Shown one piece after another: positions 22,740 through 31,504 of a DNA stretch of 37,472 bases. The stretch spans positions 1 through 37,472 of the forward strand of contig JAVEEJ010000124.1 of assembly GCA_030840515.1 (NCBI GenBank), in the 5' to 3' direction. This DNA is from Frankiaceae bacterium (GTDB lineage Bacteria; Actinomycetota; Actinomycetes; JAVEEJ01). Each line of letters starts with the position of its first letter. Within the stretch, counting starts at the first letter, position 1. Under the pieces are notes generated by a model. The model did not search any database. It worked only from the letters and a program-made list of their open reading frames with translations, and was not told where the DNA came from. The translations under genes and the position numbers were made by a program.

Positions 22740-23731
22740 GCTTCGGGCAGGTCCGAGATCACCGTCAGGAGCAGGCCTTTGGGACCGAGTACGTCGACCC
22801 GCAGCCCGGCGAGCACGGGAGTGAGCCGCCCGGTGCCTAGCAACCCCAGCTTGATCGGAGCGCCCCCGGTCGGAGCCGGCGTCGGCTGCCGCAGGTCGCG
22901 GCCGTATTTCGCCTCCACCAGGTGGCCGGCACCGACCCAGGTGAGGACCGCTCCCTCGCGGGTGACGGCTGGTGCCTCGCCCGAGCGGTCGATGTCGAGC
23001 ACGGCGACGGCCTTGTCCGAGTGCATCCCCGGCGGCGGCGCCGGGTCGGCGGTCGGGATCAGCCGGGTCAGCTCGCTCTCGGTCGACGGGGTGACCGAGA
23101 ACCCGCTCAGGTTGGCCGGCGCCGGGGTCGGAGACGGCGCGAACAGCCGCCGGTCGGTCAGCGCAGCCGGGGGGCCGAGCGCGGTGGCGACGCGGGCCCG
23201 CAACACCTTGCCGTCACGGGTCCAGCTGTCACTGAGGATCACGCCCTCAGCCGAGACACAGGACGTGGTGCGCTCGCCGGGCGTGGGCGCTGTGAAAGGC
23301 GCGCCGTCGAGCGGTTGCTTCGAGAGCCACCCGGTGCAGCGCCGCCCGAGGACCTCACTGCCGGACGCCTGTCGCACCAGGTGCTGACGGAGCGCGACGG
23401 GAAGCGCGACGTCGAGGTGGCTGTCGGGGCCTGGTGCTGCCGGCCACGACGGCGACACCTGCTGGGTGGAGCCGTCAGGCCGGACCTGGTAGACCCCCGA
23501 CTCGGTCCACGCGACCCCACCGACCGAGTGCCCCTCGGCTGACCTCACCGTGCGCGCGCGGTAGGGACGGTCGACGTCGGTCACCTCGACGGTGTGCAGT
23601 CCCCGGTCGTCAGTGACGTCGTACTCGATGTGGAATCCGTTGCGCGGTGCGGCGGGTGTGCGCGCGCTGTCGGAGCTCGTGCAGCCGGAGACCGCAACGA
23701 GCAGCAGGGTCGCGGCAAGAGCGAGGCGCAC
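22703..23731 (-). CDS. Lipoprotein of unknown function
   Basis: Signal peptide with lipobox MRLALAATLLLVAVSGC. It is the last gene of the transporter operon, 14 nt after the MFS::LivF stop. I recognise no family motif. Confidence 0.65.
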   Translation of the reverse strand: MRLALAATLLLVAVSGCTSSDSARTPAAPRNGFHIEYDVTDDRGLHTVEVTDVDRPYRARTVRSAEGHSVGGVAWTESGVYQVRPDGSTQQVSPSWPAAPGPDSHLDVALPVALRQHLVRQASGSEVLGRRCTGWLSKQPLDGAPFTAPTPGERTTSCVSAEGVILSDSWTRDGKVLRARVATALGPPAALTDRRLFAPSPTPAPANLSGFSVTPSTESELTRLIPTADPAPPPGMHSDKAVAVLDIDRSGEAPAVTREGAVLTWVGAGHLVEAKYGRDLRQPTPAPTGGAPIKLGLLGTGRLTPVLAGLRVDVLGPKGLLLTVISDLPEAQLLAWMRSLSF

Positions 23732-23745
23732 AGGCGAAGCGTGCC

Positions 23746-25791
23746 TCAGGTGCGGGTCGGGTCGCCGAGTGCGCCCGCGCTGTCCGCAGCGCCTCCCAAG
23801 AACACCGAGCGCAGCAGGTCGTCGCGCTGGAGCAGTTGGGCGGTCGGGCCGCTGTAGCGGACCTGTCCCTTCTCGAGGAAGTACGCGCGGTCGGCGAGGT
23901 TGAGCGCGACGTTCACGGACTGCTCCACGAGTACGACGGTCACACCCTCGGCCTGCAGCCGCCGCACGGCCACGAGCAGCTCCTGCACGACGACGGGCGC
24001 AAGCCCGAGCGACAGCTCATCGATGAGCAGCAGCCGCGGGCGCAGCAGCATGGCCTGGGCGAGCACCAGCATCTGGCGCTGCCCACCGGAGAGCGACCCG
24101 GCCTTCTGCTGCAGCAGCGGAGACAGTGCGGGGAACAGCTCGAGCACCTCACGCAGCCGACGCTTCGAGACGTCGGCGTCCTTGCGGATGAGGAAGGCGC
24201 CGAGCCGCAGGTTCTCGGCGACCGTGAGGCCGGGGAAGATCCCGCGTCCGCCGGGTGCTTGCACCAGCCCACGTGCCGCGATCCGCTCGGCGCTCTCCCC
24301 GGTGATGGGCTCACCGTCGAACCAGATGTTGCCGCCGTCGGTGGCAACGAGCCCGGACAGCGCGTTGAGCACCGTGGACTTGCCCGCACCGTTGGTGCCG
24401 AGCAGCGCGACGACCTCACCCTGACGGATCTCGAGGTCGATGCCGAACAGCACGCGAACGTTGTCGTAGGAGACGGTGATCGCCTTGGTCTCGAGCAGGA
24501 TCGGCCGTCCCTGCTCATCGAGCCGCCGCTCGGGCTCGGTGTAGAGCGGGCTCAGCCGCTCGACGTCGTCGTTCATGTACTTCGCGGCGGTCCGCACGTG
24601 GAAGGTCCCGCGCACGAGCAGCAAGGCGCACACCACGAGCGCCCAGCGGTTACCGAACGCGCTGGCGATCCCGGCGGTGACCCCGATGAACGCGATGCCG
24701 GCGAGTGCCATGACCTGGCCGAGGGCGAGGGCGCTCGCGCGCAGCTCGGGCGCCGACACCAGGCTCTGCAGCGACAGCAGCAACGGTGAGACCAGGCCGA
24801 ATCCGCACGCGATGACGAACAGCAGCGGCACCGCCACCCAGACAGTTGGCGAGAGGGCGAAAGCGAGCACCAGTCCGCCGATGCCGAACCCGAGCGTGCT
24901 CAGCCACAGCACACCCTGGGCGGGACTGCGGTTGAGCTGGCTCTGCGCGAGCCTCGCGCCGGTGAGGGTGGCGACCACAGCGCCGACACCGCCGACGCTG
25001 CCGATCACCCCCAGGCCCCAGTCACCCACGCCGAAGGAGTTCTTGAAGAAGAACGGAAGCACCGTGACGGCGGAGAAGACCCCGCCGATCAGCCAGATGC
25101 CGGCGATGTACTGGTAGCGCAGTGAGCGCACTGCCCACAGCCGCGGGATGGTGTCGCGCCACGCGACGTTGTCGAGCCCTTGCGACGCCTCGAAGCGGCC
25201 GCGCTCCGGCTCAGGGAGCCGGTTGCAGGCGATGACGACAGGGATCGACAGCGCGCCGATGAAGACGAACGCGCCCCGCCATCCGAAGAACAGCGCGATC
25301 GTCGCGCCGAGCAGTGGCCCGATCGCGTCACCGACCTGGCTGCCGATGGTGAACATCCCCATCGCCTTCACGCGCACCTTGGGCGAGTAGAAGTCGGACA
25401 TGAGCGCGGCCTGGATCGGATAGCTCACGGTGCGTCCGAACGCAGAGCCGACGCGGGCTGCGACCAGGATCCAGAGCGCGGTCGAGAAGGCGGTGCCGAG
25501 CGAGAACAGCGCCCACACCAGCGCGGCACCGACGACGATGGGCATCCGGCGGCGTCGGTCGGCGAGCTTGGACAGAGGCAACGCCACGAGTGGCGCGAGG
25601 AACGTCATGAGGACCGTGATGACACCGACGGTCCCGACCCCCTTGCCGAAGTCGGCGAGGATCGTCGGCGCGAGCCAACGGAAGGTCGCGTTGTCCAGCT
25701 CGTCGATGGCGTTGAGGCCGAACATCGTGACGACGGGCTGCAGCCGCTCACCGCCAACGAAGTCATCCAGCCGGCGCCGCAGGCCCATCAC
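23746..25791 (-). CDS. Fusion protein: N-terminal MFS-type membrane domain (~430 aa) plus C-terminal LivF-type ABC ATPase (~250 aa)
   Basis: The membrane part carries the MFS motif-A-like SKLADRRRRMPIVVG and many TM segments. The ATPase part (about 23749-24498) has Walker A GTNGAGKST, the signature LSGGQRQ, Walker B LLLIDELSLGLAP and the LivF-like ending LLRSVFLGG. The start overlaps the permease stop (GTGATG at 25786-25791). Confidence 0.85.
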   Translation of the reverse strand: MMGLRRRLDDFVGGERLQPVVTMFGLNAIDELDNATFRWLAPTILADFGKGVGTVGVITVLMTFLAPLVALPLSKLADRRRRMPIVVGAALVWALFSLGTAFSTALWILVAARVGSAFGRTVSYPIQAALMSDFYSPKVRVKAMGMFTIGSQVGDAIGPLLGATIALFFGWRGAFVFIGALSIPVVIACNRLPEPERGRFEASQGLDNVAWRDTIPRLWAVRSLRYQYIAGIWLIGGVFSAVTVLPFFFKNSFGVGDWGLGVIGSVGGVGAVVATLTGARLAQSQLNRSPAQGVLWLSTLGFGIGGLVLAFALSPTVWVAVPLLFVIACGFGLVSPLLLSLQSLVSAPELRASALALGQVMALAGIAFIGVTAGIASAFGNRWALVVCALLLVRGTFHVRTAAKYMNDDVERLSPLYTEPERRLDEQGRPILLETKAITVSYDNVRVLFGIDLEIRQGEVVALLGTNGAGKSTVLNALSGLVATDGGNIWFDGEPITGESAERIAARGLVQAPGGRGIFPGLTVAENLRLGAFLIRKDADVSKRRLREVLELFPALSPLLQQKAGSLSGGQRQMLVLAQAMLLRPRLLLIDELSLGLAPVVVQELLVAVRRLQAEGVTVVLVEQSVNVALNLADRAYFLEKGQVRYSGPTAQLLQRDDLLRSVFLGGAADSAGALGDPTRT

Positions 25792-27797
25792 GGGTGGCTA
25801 CCGGCTGCGGTCGGCGCCGCCTGAGCGGTGAGCACGGCCTCGACGAGCTCGTCGCCGGTCAACGCGGACATCGCCTCCGTTGCCTCGACCGGCGTGACAC
25901 GCGGTGTCGCGGCGACGCCTGTGACCCAGGTGGCAAGCGCGTTCCTGCCCAACATGGCCAGGCGGGCCAGTCCTCCGGGAAAGAAGCAGATCAGGATGAG
26001 CAGGCCCAAGCCGGTGGAGGTGAGCCCGACGTAGCGCGCCGCGTCCTCCGGCACGAACAGGGAGATGGCGAGGTAGGCGGTGCCCAGCAGCGCGCCGAAG
26101 ATGGAGCCGAGCCCTCCGATGATGGCCGCCGCAAGGATGGTCAGCGACCTGGTGGCCGGGAAGGAGTTGGGCGAGACCGTCACCACGCAGCCGGCCCACA
26201 CGAAGCCACCGATCGCGGCGAGCACCCCGGACAGCACGAAGCCGGTGAGCCGGGTGCGCACCACGGCGATGCCGAAGGCCGCCGCCTGCGCGGGGTTGTC
26301 GCGGATCGCCACGAGGTTGCGCCCCAGCCGACCGCGCTGAAGCGCACGGGCGGACAGCACGCACGCCAGCAGCACGCCCGCCGCCAGGTAGTAGTAGGTC
26401 CGGTTGCCTACCCACTCGGGACGCACCAGCGAGCCATCACCCTTGAACCAGCTCTTGTCATAGAGCCAGCTCTCGCTGACGACCGCGAAGCCGAGCGTCA
26501 CCACCGCCAGCAGCGTCCCGGGGAGCCGAAGCGCAGGCAAGCCGATGAGCAACGCGGTCAGCCCACCCAGGACTGCGACCACGAGGAAGGCGAGCCAGAA
26601 GGACATCCCCCAGTGCCCAACAAGCCGCGAGCCGAAGATGCCGGCGACGCCGGCGATCCCCCAGTGCCCGAGCGAGACCTGACCCGACCAGCCGGTGAGG
26701 ATCGTCAGCGCGAGAACCACGATCGAGGTGCCGAAGATGGTGGCCAGCAGGTAGGTGCGCGCGGGAGAGAGCATCAGCGGGGCGGCGAGGACTGCGGCGG
26801 CTCCGAGGCCGCTGACGCCGAAGACGAGCGCCCGCCAGCGGGGGTGCGCCGTGATCTCGGAGGGCAGCGCTCTCACCGGCTCCGCCAGCCTCCAGCTGGA
26901 CTCCTCACCGGCCGTGGTGCGACGCCGCGCCTCTCTCCGGATGAGCAGTGCCACGAGTACGACGCCGAGCACGACCGCGTCGGAGAGGTTGGCCTGCTTG
27001 GTGTAGTAGAAGATCAGCGAGTCGAGCAGTCCGATGCCCAGGCCCCAGCCGAAGGCCAAGCCGACCGAGCCGAAGCCGGCCAGTGTGGCCGCCGCCAACC
27101 CGCGCAGCAGCAGCGGCAACCCGATGGCGTCCGCCGAGCTGTAGCCGTTGATCGGCGCAAGCAGCATGAAGGCACCACCGGCGAGCAGTGCCGCGACGAC
27201 CCAGGCCAACGTCGACACGCGTCGGACCGGTATGCCCATGAGCCTGGCGCGCGGCGCGTTCTCGGCCGCCGCGCGCACCGCGAGTCCGTAGGTGCTGCGG
27301 GTGAGGAACGCTGCGGTCGCGAACGCGAGGATCGGGCCGCCGATCAGCACCAGGATGTGCTGCGGTCCGAAGACGACCCGACCGAACGTGAACTGCCCAC
27401 TGTGGAACGGCAGCGGGAAGGTGGTCGCGCCCTGGAAGAGAACCGAGGCCCCACCGCGCTCTGGCTTCGGCAGCAGCAGTCGCAGCAGCAGCACGATCTG
27501 CGCGATGCCGACGGTCGCGAGCAGCGCGATCAGTCGCGGTGCGTCGAACAGCCGTTGGATGATGGTGCGCTCGATGACGGCTCCCAGCACGGCGGTGGCG
27601 AGCAGTGTCACCGCTAGGGCGGGCCAGTAGGGCCAGTGCGCCCGTGCAGTCATCGTGATCATCATCGCAACGGCGAAGGCACCGATCTCACCCTGCGCGA
27701 AGTTGATGACGCGGCTGGACATGTGCACCAGCACAAGACCCACGGCAAGCAGCGCCGTGCTCATTCCCAGCACGAGGCCGAGTGCAAGCAAGTCCAT
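25788..27797 (-). CDS. Fused LivH-LivM type branched-chain-amino-acid-family ABC permease
   Basis: 669 aa. The N-terminal half reads LGMSTALLAVGLVLVHMSSRVINFAQGEIGAFAV (LivH-like). The C-terminal half has GQVSLGHWGIAGVAGIFGSRL and LGSIFGALLGTAYL (LivM-like). Confidence 0.85.
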   Translation of the reverse strand: MDLLALGLVLGMSTALLAVGLVLVHMSSRVINFAQGEIGAFAVAMMITMTARAHWPYWPALAVTLLATAVLGAVIERTIIQRLFDAPRLIALLATVGIAQIVLLLRLLLPKPERGGASVLFQGATTFPLPFHSGQFTFGRVVFGPQHILVLIGGPILAFATAAFLTRSTYGLAVRAAAENAPRARLMGIPVRRVSTLAWVVAALLAGGAFMLLAPINGYSSADAIGLPLLLRGLAAATLAGFGSVGLAFGWGLGIGLLDSLIFYYTKQANLSDAVVLGVVLVALLIRREARRRTTAGEESSWRLAEPVRALPSEITAHPRWRALVFGVSGLGAAAVLAAPLMLSPARTYLLATIFGTSIVVLALTILTGWSGQVSLGHWGIAGVAGIFGSRLVGHWGMSFWLAFLVVAVLGGLTALLIGLPALRLPGTLLAVVTLGFAVVSESWLYDKSWFKGDGSLVRPEWVGNRTYYYLAAGVLLACVLSARALQRGRLGRNLVAIRDNPAQAAAFGIAVVRTRLTGFVLSGVLAAIGGFVWAGCVVTVSPNSFPATRSLTILAAAIIGGLGSIFGALLGTAYLAISLFVPEDAARYVGLTSTGLGLLILICFFPGGLARLAMLGRNALATWVTGVAATPRVTPVEATEAMSALTGDELVEAVLTAQAAPTAAGSHP

Positions 27798-27803
27798 CGC
27801 GAG

Positions 27804-29396
27804 CTACTTCTGGGGCGGGGTGTACTTCTTCTGCAGGGCGTGCGTGATGTTCACCCCTCCAGACTTCCCCGGGCCCATGATCTTCCAGTAGGTCGGGTAC
27901 TCCGGGAAGTCGTAGTCGAGGCGGTTTCCGTTCCACTTGGCCACGGTCTGAAGGTCGAAGCCGGTGAAGTCAAAGGGACCCTTCAGACCTGGCACCGAGA
28001 ACGTGACCGGCACCGTGGCGTCCCAGAAGAAGTCACCGCGGATCGCGTTGACGCCGAGCATCAGCGAGTTGCCCGTCAGCTCGCCGGTGACGTCCACGGC
28101 GCGGCGCATCGCTGCGGAGGACAGCAAGATGGTGGCGCAGGCGATCTGAGCTGATGCCGACGTGGACATGCCGTCGTCGCCGTTGTACTTCTTGTAGATG
28201 TTGGCGCAGTTGCCCTCATAAGGGCTGGCGCCCGCCTTGATCCGCGTGGTGAGGCCGACGGAGTTCTTCCACTCGTCCGGCTGCATGAGCGCACCGCCGG
28301 TCTGAGTGTCGATGAGGTAGGTGCGCGCGGTCCAGGTCCACGTGGGGTACCAGTTCTGCGTCTTGGCAGCGTCGGTGAAGAAGACGTCGGCGATCGCGTT
28401 GTTGGCGATCAGCCAGACCTGGTCGCAGTTGGGCTTCATCGCGATGGCGCTCTGCGTCGCCTGCTGGGTTGCCGTGGACGGGTCGTCCTTGTACTTCACG
28501 ATCATCTTGAACTTGTAGCCCTGGTCGCTGAGCGCCCGCACCAGGTACTTCTCGAGGTTGTTGAAGTCAGGGGTGTCGGGGTGGATCAGGCACGGCTTGC
28601 GCGTGTTGGAGTGCAGGTAGTTGCGACCGAAGGAAGCCCAGTTCGCGTAGTCGGACTCCGCGTCCTGGAAGGGCTGGAACTGCCCGTAGCCCTGCTTGCG
28701 CTGCTCCGAGATCAACGAGCGCCCGCCGAGGAACGGCAGGTGCTTCTTGGCCAGCAGGTCGCTGACCTCGTGAAGCCCCGCGATGTCCATCAGCACCTTG
28801 TACTGGTCGACGAGCTCGATGGCTGCCGAGCCGTTCTTCTCGGGGCAGTAGGTGCCGCCGTCGTCGACGGTGACGAGCTTGAGCGTGCGGCCGCGGATGC
28901 CGCCGGTGTCGTTGATGTACTTGACGTAGGTGCTGAACGACTTGGCGATGTCACCGGTGGCCTGGGCGCTGAACTGCCCGGCCAGCGTCTGGGCCTGCGG
29001 GCAGCTGCCCTTGTCGTAGTCGGCGCCGATCAGCACCGAGTCCTTGGTCACGCCCTGGGTGCGGAGGCCGAAGTCGGGGATGTCCGTCGTCACGGTCACG
29101 GGCGGCGGGGTGGCCCCGCCGGGGCCGGTGATCGTGCCCGGCGCGCCCGACGACCCCGGCAGCGGCTTCCCGTTGGGCCCGGTGGTGGCACCGGGCAGCG
29201 GCTGGCCCGACGGCCCGGTGGAGGGGCTCGCGCCGGGTTGCTGCGAGCCGTCGGTGTCGCCCGGCAGCGTGTTCAGGCTGGAGGAGTCGTCGCCCTTGTG
29301 ACGGTTCTCGTAGCGGACCTGTCCGAGGGACAGGCCGCCGGCCACGAGGACGACGGCGTTGACGATGGCGACCGCGCGCAGGCGTGGGTCCAGCAC
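27804..29396 (-). CDS. Liv-type (type I periplasmic binding fold) substrate-binding protein with N-terminal membrane anchor and Pro/Gly-rich linker
   Basis: The anchor is AVAIVNAVVLVAGGLSLG, followed by a ~100-aa P/G/S/T linker. The core reads YINDTGGIRGRTLKLVTVDDGGTYCPEKNGSAAIELVDQYKVLMDIAG, typical of LivJ/Peripla_BP_6 proteins. The GTG start follows GAGAGAGGGG by 5 nt. Confidence 0.8.
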   Translation of the reverse strand: MLDPRLRAVAIVNAVVLVAGGLSLGQVRYENRHKGDDSSSLNTLPGDTDGSQQPGASPSTGPSGQPLPGATTGPNGKPLPGSSGAPGTITGPGGATPPPVTVTTDIPDFGLRTQGVTKDSVLIGADYDKGSCPQAQTLAGQFSAQATGDIAKSFSTYVKYINDTGGIRGRTLKLVTVDDGGTYCPEKNGSAAIELVDQYKVLMDIAGLHEVSDLLAKKHLPFLGGRSLISEQRKQGYGQFQPFQDAESDYANWASFGRNYLHSNTRKPCLIHPDTPDFNNLEKYLVRALSDQGYKFKMIVKYKDDPSTATQQATQSAIAMKPNCDQVWLIANNAIADVFFTDAAKTQNWYPTWTWTARTYLIDTQTGGALMQPDEWKNSVGLTTRIKAGASPYEGNCANIYKKYNGDDGMSTSASAQIACATILLSSAAMRRAVDVTGELTGNSLMLGVNAIRGDFFWDATVPVTFSVPGLKGPFDFTGFDLQTVAKWNGNRLDYDFPEYPTYWKIMGPGKSGGVNITHALQKKYTPPQK

Positions 29397-29408
29397 GGCA
29401 GCCCCTCT

Positions 29409-29501
29409 CTCGGTCTGGGCGAGCGCTACTCGGTCTGGCGGGTATTTGTATGGGACCCTGACATTTCCCGGGAAGGCGTGTCAAGAGTGCCATGTCCCGG
29501 G
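29409..29501. promoter_or_regulatory. Divergent promoter/operator region between the binding-protein operon and the ROK regulator
   Basis: The direct repeat CTCGGTCTGG occurs at 29409-29418 and 29429-29438. CAT(T/G)TCCCGGG occurs at 29462-29472 and 29491-29501, and the first copy contains the perfect palindrome TTCCCGGGAA (29465-29474). An AT-rich TATTTGTAT lies at 29443-29451. Function is inferred only. Confidence 0.3.
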
Positions 29502-29531
29502 CAAACTGCACCCCCCTGGAAGGATTCCATC

Positions 29532-30713
29532 GTGCCGAGCCTGCCGCCACCCGTGCTGCTCACCACGCACCTCATCGGTGACGTGAACCGCTCCCGCGTG
29601 CTGCAGGCGATCGTCGACCACGGACCCTCCAGCCGCGCTGACCTGGCCCGGCTCGCCGGCGTCCCGCGCGCCACGATCGGCGCCATCGTCCAGGGCCTGG
29701 TCGACGACGGACTGCTCGAGCAGCAGGAGCCCTCTCGTGGCACGGGACGGGTCGGTAAGCCAGGGCGCCCGCTGTGGTTCGGCCCGCAGGCGGGTGTTGC
29801 GGCCGCGATCTCCTTCACCGACGCGAGCGTGCGGGTAGCCCTGGTCAACGCGCGCGGCGACATCCTCGAGGAGACCTCGCGGGTGCTCGACACGGCCACG
29901 GCCGGTTCCGCAGATCTCGTGGTGGCGACTGCCGACGCCGTCGCCGCGATCAGAGGGGCCACCGAGCCCATCGGCGTCGGCCTGGCGATCCCGGGGGTGT
30001 GCGACTCGGAGCGCGGCCTCGTCATCGCCTCGGGTCAGGTGCCGGGTGCTGGTGGCGCGGAGCTGGTCATGGGAGTGGCGCACGAGACCGGGTTGGCGGT
30101 GTTCGTCGACAACGACGCCCGGGTGCAGGCGCTGGGCGAGAAGTGGTTCGGCGACGGCCGCGGCGTGCCGACCTTCGCGGCGGTGCAGACCGGGCACGGG
30201 CTCGGTGTCGGGCTGGTCCTGCGCGGCGCGCTCTACCGCGGCGACGACGGCCGCGTCGGTGAGCTCGGGCATGTGCAGGTGATGCCCGATGGCGAGCCCT
30301 GCCGCTGTGGCCTGACCGGCTGCTGGGAGACCGTCGCCACGCTGCGCTGGCTTCGTGCCGAGGCAGCGCGGCTCGGACTACCTGGCGCCGACCGCCTCGA
30401 CAGCGCGGCGCTCGCGGCGCTCGCCGGCAAGGACGAGACCGCCGCCGAGCTGCAGGCCGTCTGGGCCGAGCACCTCGGCCGAGGTCTCGCCGTACTCGTC
30501 AACTTGCTCGGCATTCGACGCTTCCTGCTGCACGGTGACGCCGTCGGCGGCGGCGAGGGACTGCGCGCTGCTGTCGAGGATTCCGTGCGCGGCGCCTCGC
30601 TCGGCCACATCGCGCACGAGGTCGAGCTCGGCTTCTCCTCGTTGGACGCCGACGCGGCTCTGCTCGGGGCCGCGGGGCTCGTGCTGTCGGAGACTTTCCG
30701 GCTCGCCGTCTAG
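29532..30713 (+). CDS. ROK-family transcriptional regulator (wHTH + ROK sugar-binding domain)
   Basis: The N-terminal wHTH is NRSRVLQAIVDHGPSSRADLARLAGVPRATIGAIVQGLVDDGLLEQ. The ROK zinc motif is GELGHVQVMPDGEPCRCGLTGCWETV. GTG at 29532 follows GGAAGGA by 7 nt. The upstream part of the track ORF is the antisense shadow of the binding-protein gene. Confidence 0.85.
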   Translation: MPSLPPPVLLTTHLIGDVNRSRVLQAIVDHGPSSRADLARLAGVPRATIGAIVQGLVDDGLLEQQEPSRGTGRVGKPGRPLWFGPQAGVAAAISFTDASVRVALVNARGDILEETSRVLDTATAGSADLVVATADAVAAIRGATEPIGVGLAIPGVCDSERGLVIASGQVPGAGGAELVMGVAHETGLAVFVDNDARVQALGEKWFGDGRGVPTFAAVQTGHGLGVGLVLRGALYRGDDGRVGELGHVQVMPDGEPCRCGLTGCWETVATLRWLRAEAARLGLPGADRLDSAALAALAGKDETAAELQAVWAEHLGRGLAVLVNLLGIRRFLLHGDAVGGGEGLRAAVEDSVRGASLGHIAHEVELGFSSLDADAALLGAAGLVLSETFRLAV

Positions 30714-31504
30714 CGAGTCGAGCCGGACCGGGCGATCGCCGCGGGGTCGTCGCCGAGGTAGGAGCGGACGACCTCGGGATCGTGTACGACGTCCTGTGGG
30801 AGGCCCTGCGCGATGACCCGGCCGGTCTCGAGGGCGTAGAGCCGTTCGGCGATGTCCAGCAGCAGCGGCATGTCGTGCTCGATCACGAGGAGCGCGCAGG
30901 ACAGGTCCGCCCGCATCCGCTGCAGCAGCGGGACCAAGGCCTCCGCCTCGCGCTGGGCGAGGCCACTCGATGGCTCGTCGAGCAGCACGACCGTCGGCCG
31001 CTGCACCAGGATCCCGGCGAGGTCCACCACACGCCGGGTCCCGGTCGAGAGCTCGCCGACCAGCTTGTCGCGATAGGCCTGAAGGCCGAAGGTCTCGATC
31101 ACCTCGGCCGCGGTCTTGCGAGCCTTGGCCTCGGCGATCCCGTCGAAGCCGAGCAGCGTCTTGAGCACTCCGGGGCTCCGCGGCTGGTGCCGTTCGCCCG
31201 CGACCGTGAGGACGTCGAGCACCGTCATCGAGGCGAACAGCCGGGCGTCCTGGAACGACCGACCAAGGCCCGCGCGTGAGCGCTCGTGAGCCGGCAGGCC
31301 GGAGACGTCACGGCCGTCGACCAGCACCTGGCCCTCGCCGGGGATCAGTCCGGTCACGCAGTCGAAGAAGGTGGTCTTGCCGGCCCCGTTGGGGCCGATG
31401 AGCCCGACGATCTCGCCGGGCTGCACCACCACATCGACGCCGTCGAGGGCACGCACTCCGCCGAAGGAGACACCCACGCCGCGGGCCTCCAGCGCTGCAG
31501 TCAC
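30710..31504 (-). CDS. LivG-type ABC transporter ATP-binding protein
   Basis: VTAALEARGVGVSFGGVRALDGVDVVVQPGEIVGLIGPNGAGKTTFFDCVTG. The signature is LSTGTRR, Walker B is VVLLDEPSSGLA and the H-loop is LVIEHDM. GTG at 31504 overlaps the GH84 stop (GTGA at 31501-31504). Confidence 0.85.
   Translation of the reverse strand: MTAALEARGVGVSFGGVRALDGVDVVVQPGEIVGLIGPNGAGKTTFFDCVTGLIPGEGQVLVDGRDVSGLPAHERSRAGLGRSFQDARLFASMTVLDVLTVAGERHQPRSPGVLKTLLGFDGIAEAKARKTAAEVIETFGLQAYRDKLVGELSTGTRRVVDLAGILVQRPTVVLLDEPSSGLAQREAEALVPLLQRMRADLSCALLVIEHDMPLLLDIAERLYALETGRVIAQGLPQDVVHDPEVVRSYLGDDPAAIARSGSTR

Noticed and set aside
23647-27617. Long + strand ORFs antisense to the transporter genes (23647..24789, 25180..25824, 25794..27617)
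   Set aside because: Their products are extremely Arg/Glu/Asp/Gly/Gln-rich (for example a 607-aa string with no hydrophobic core). The opposite strand encodes well-formed permease and ATPase motifs.
28581-29531. 5' extension of the ROK regulator ORF (the track ORF starts at 28581)
   Set aside because: This part is antisense to the binding-protein gene. The ROK wHTH begins right after GTG 29532, which has a good GGAAGGA RBS.
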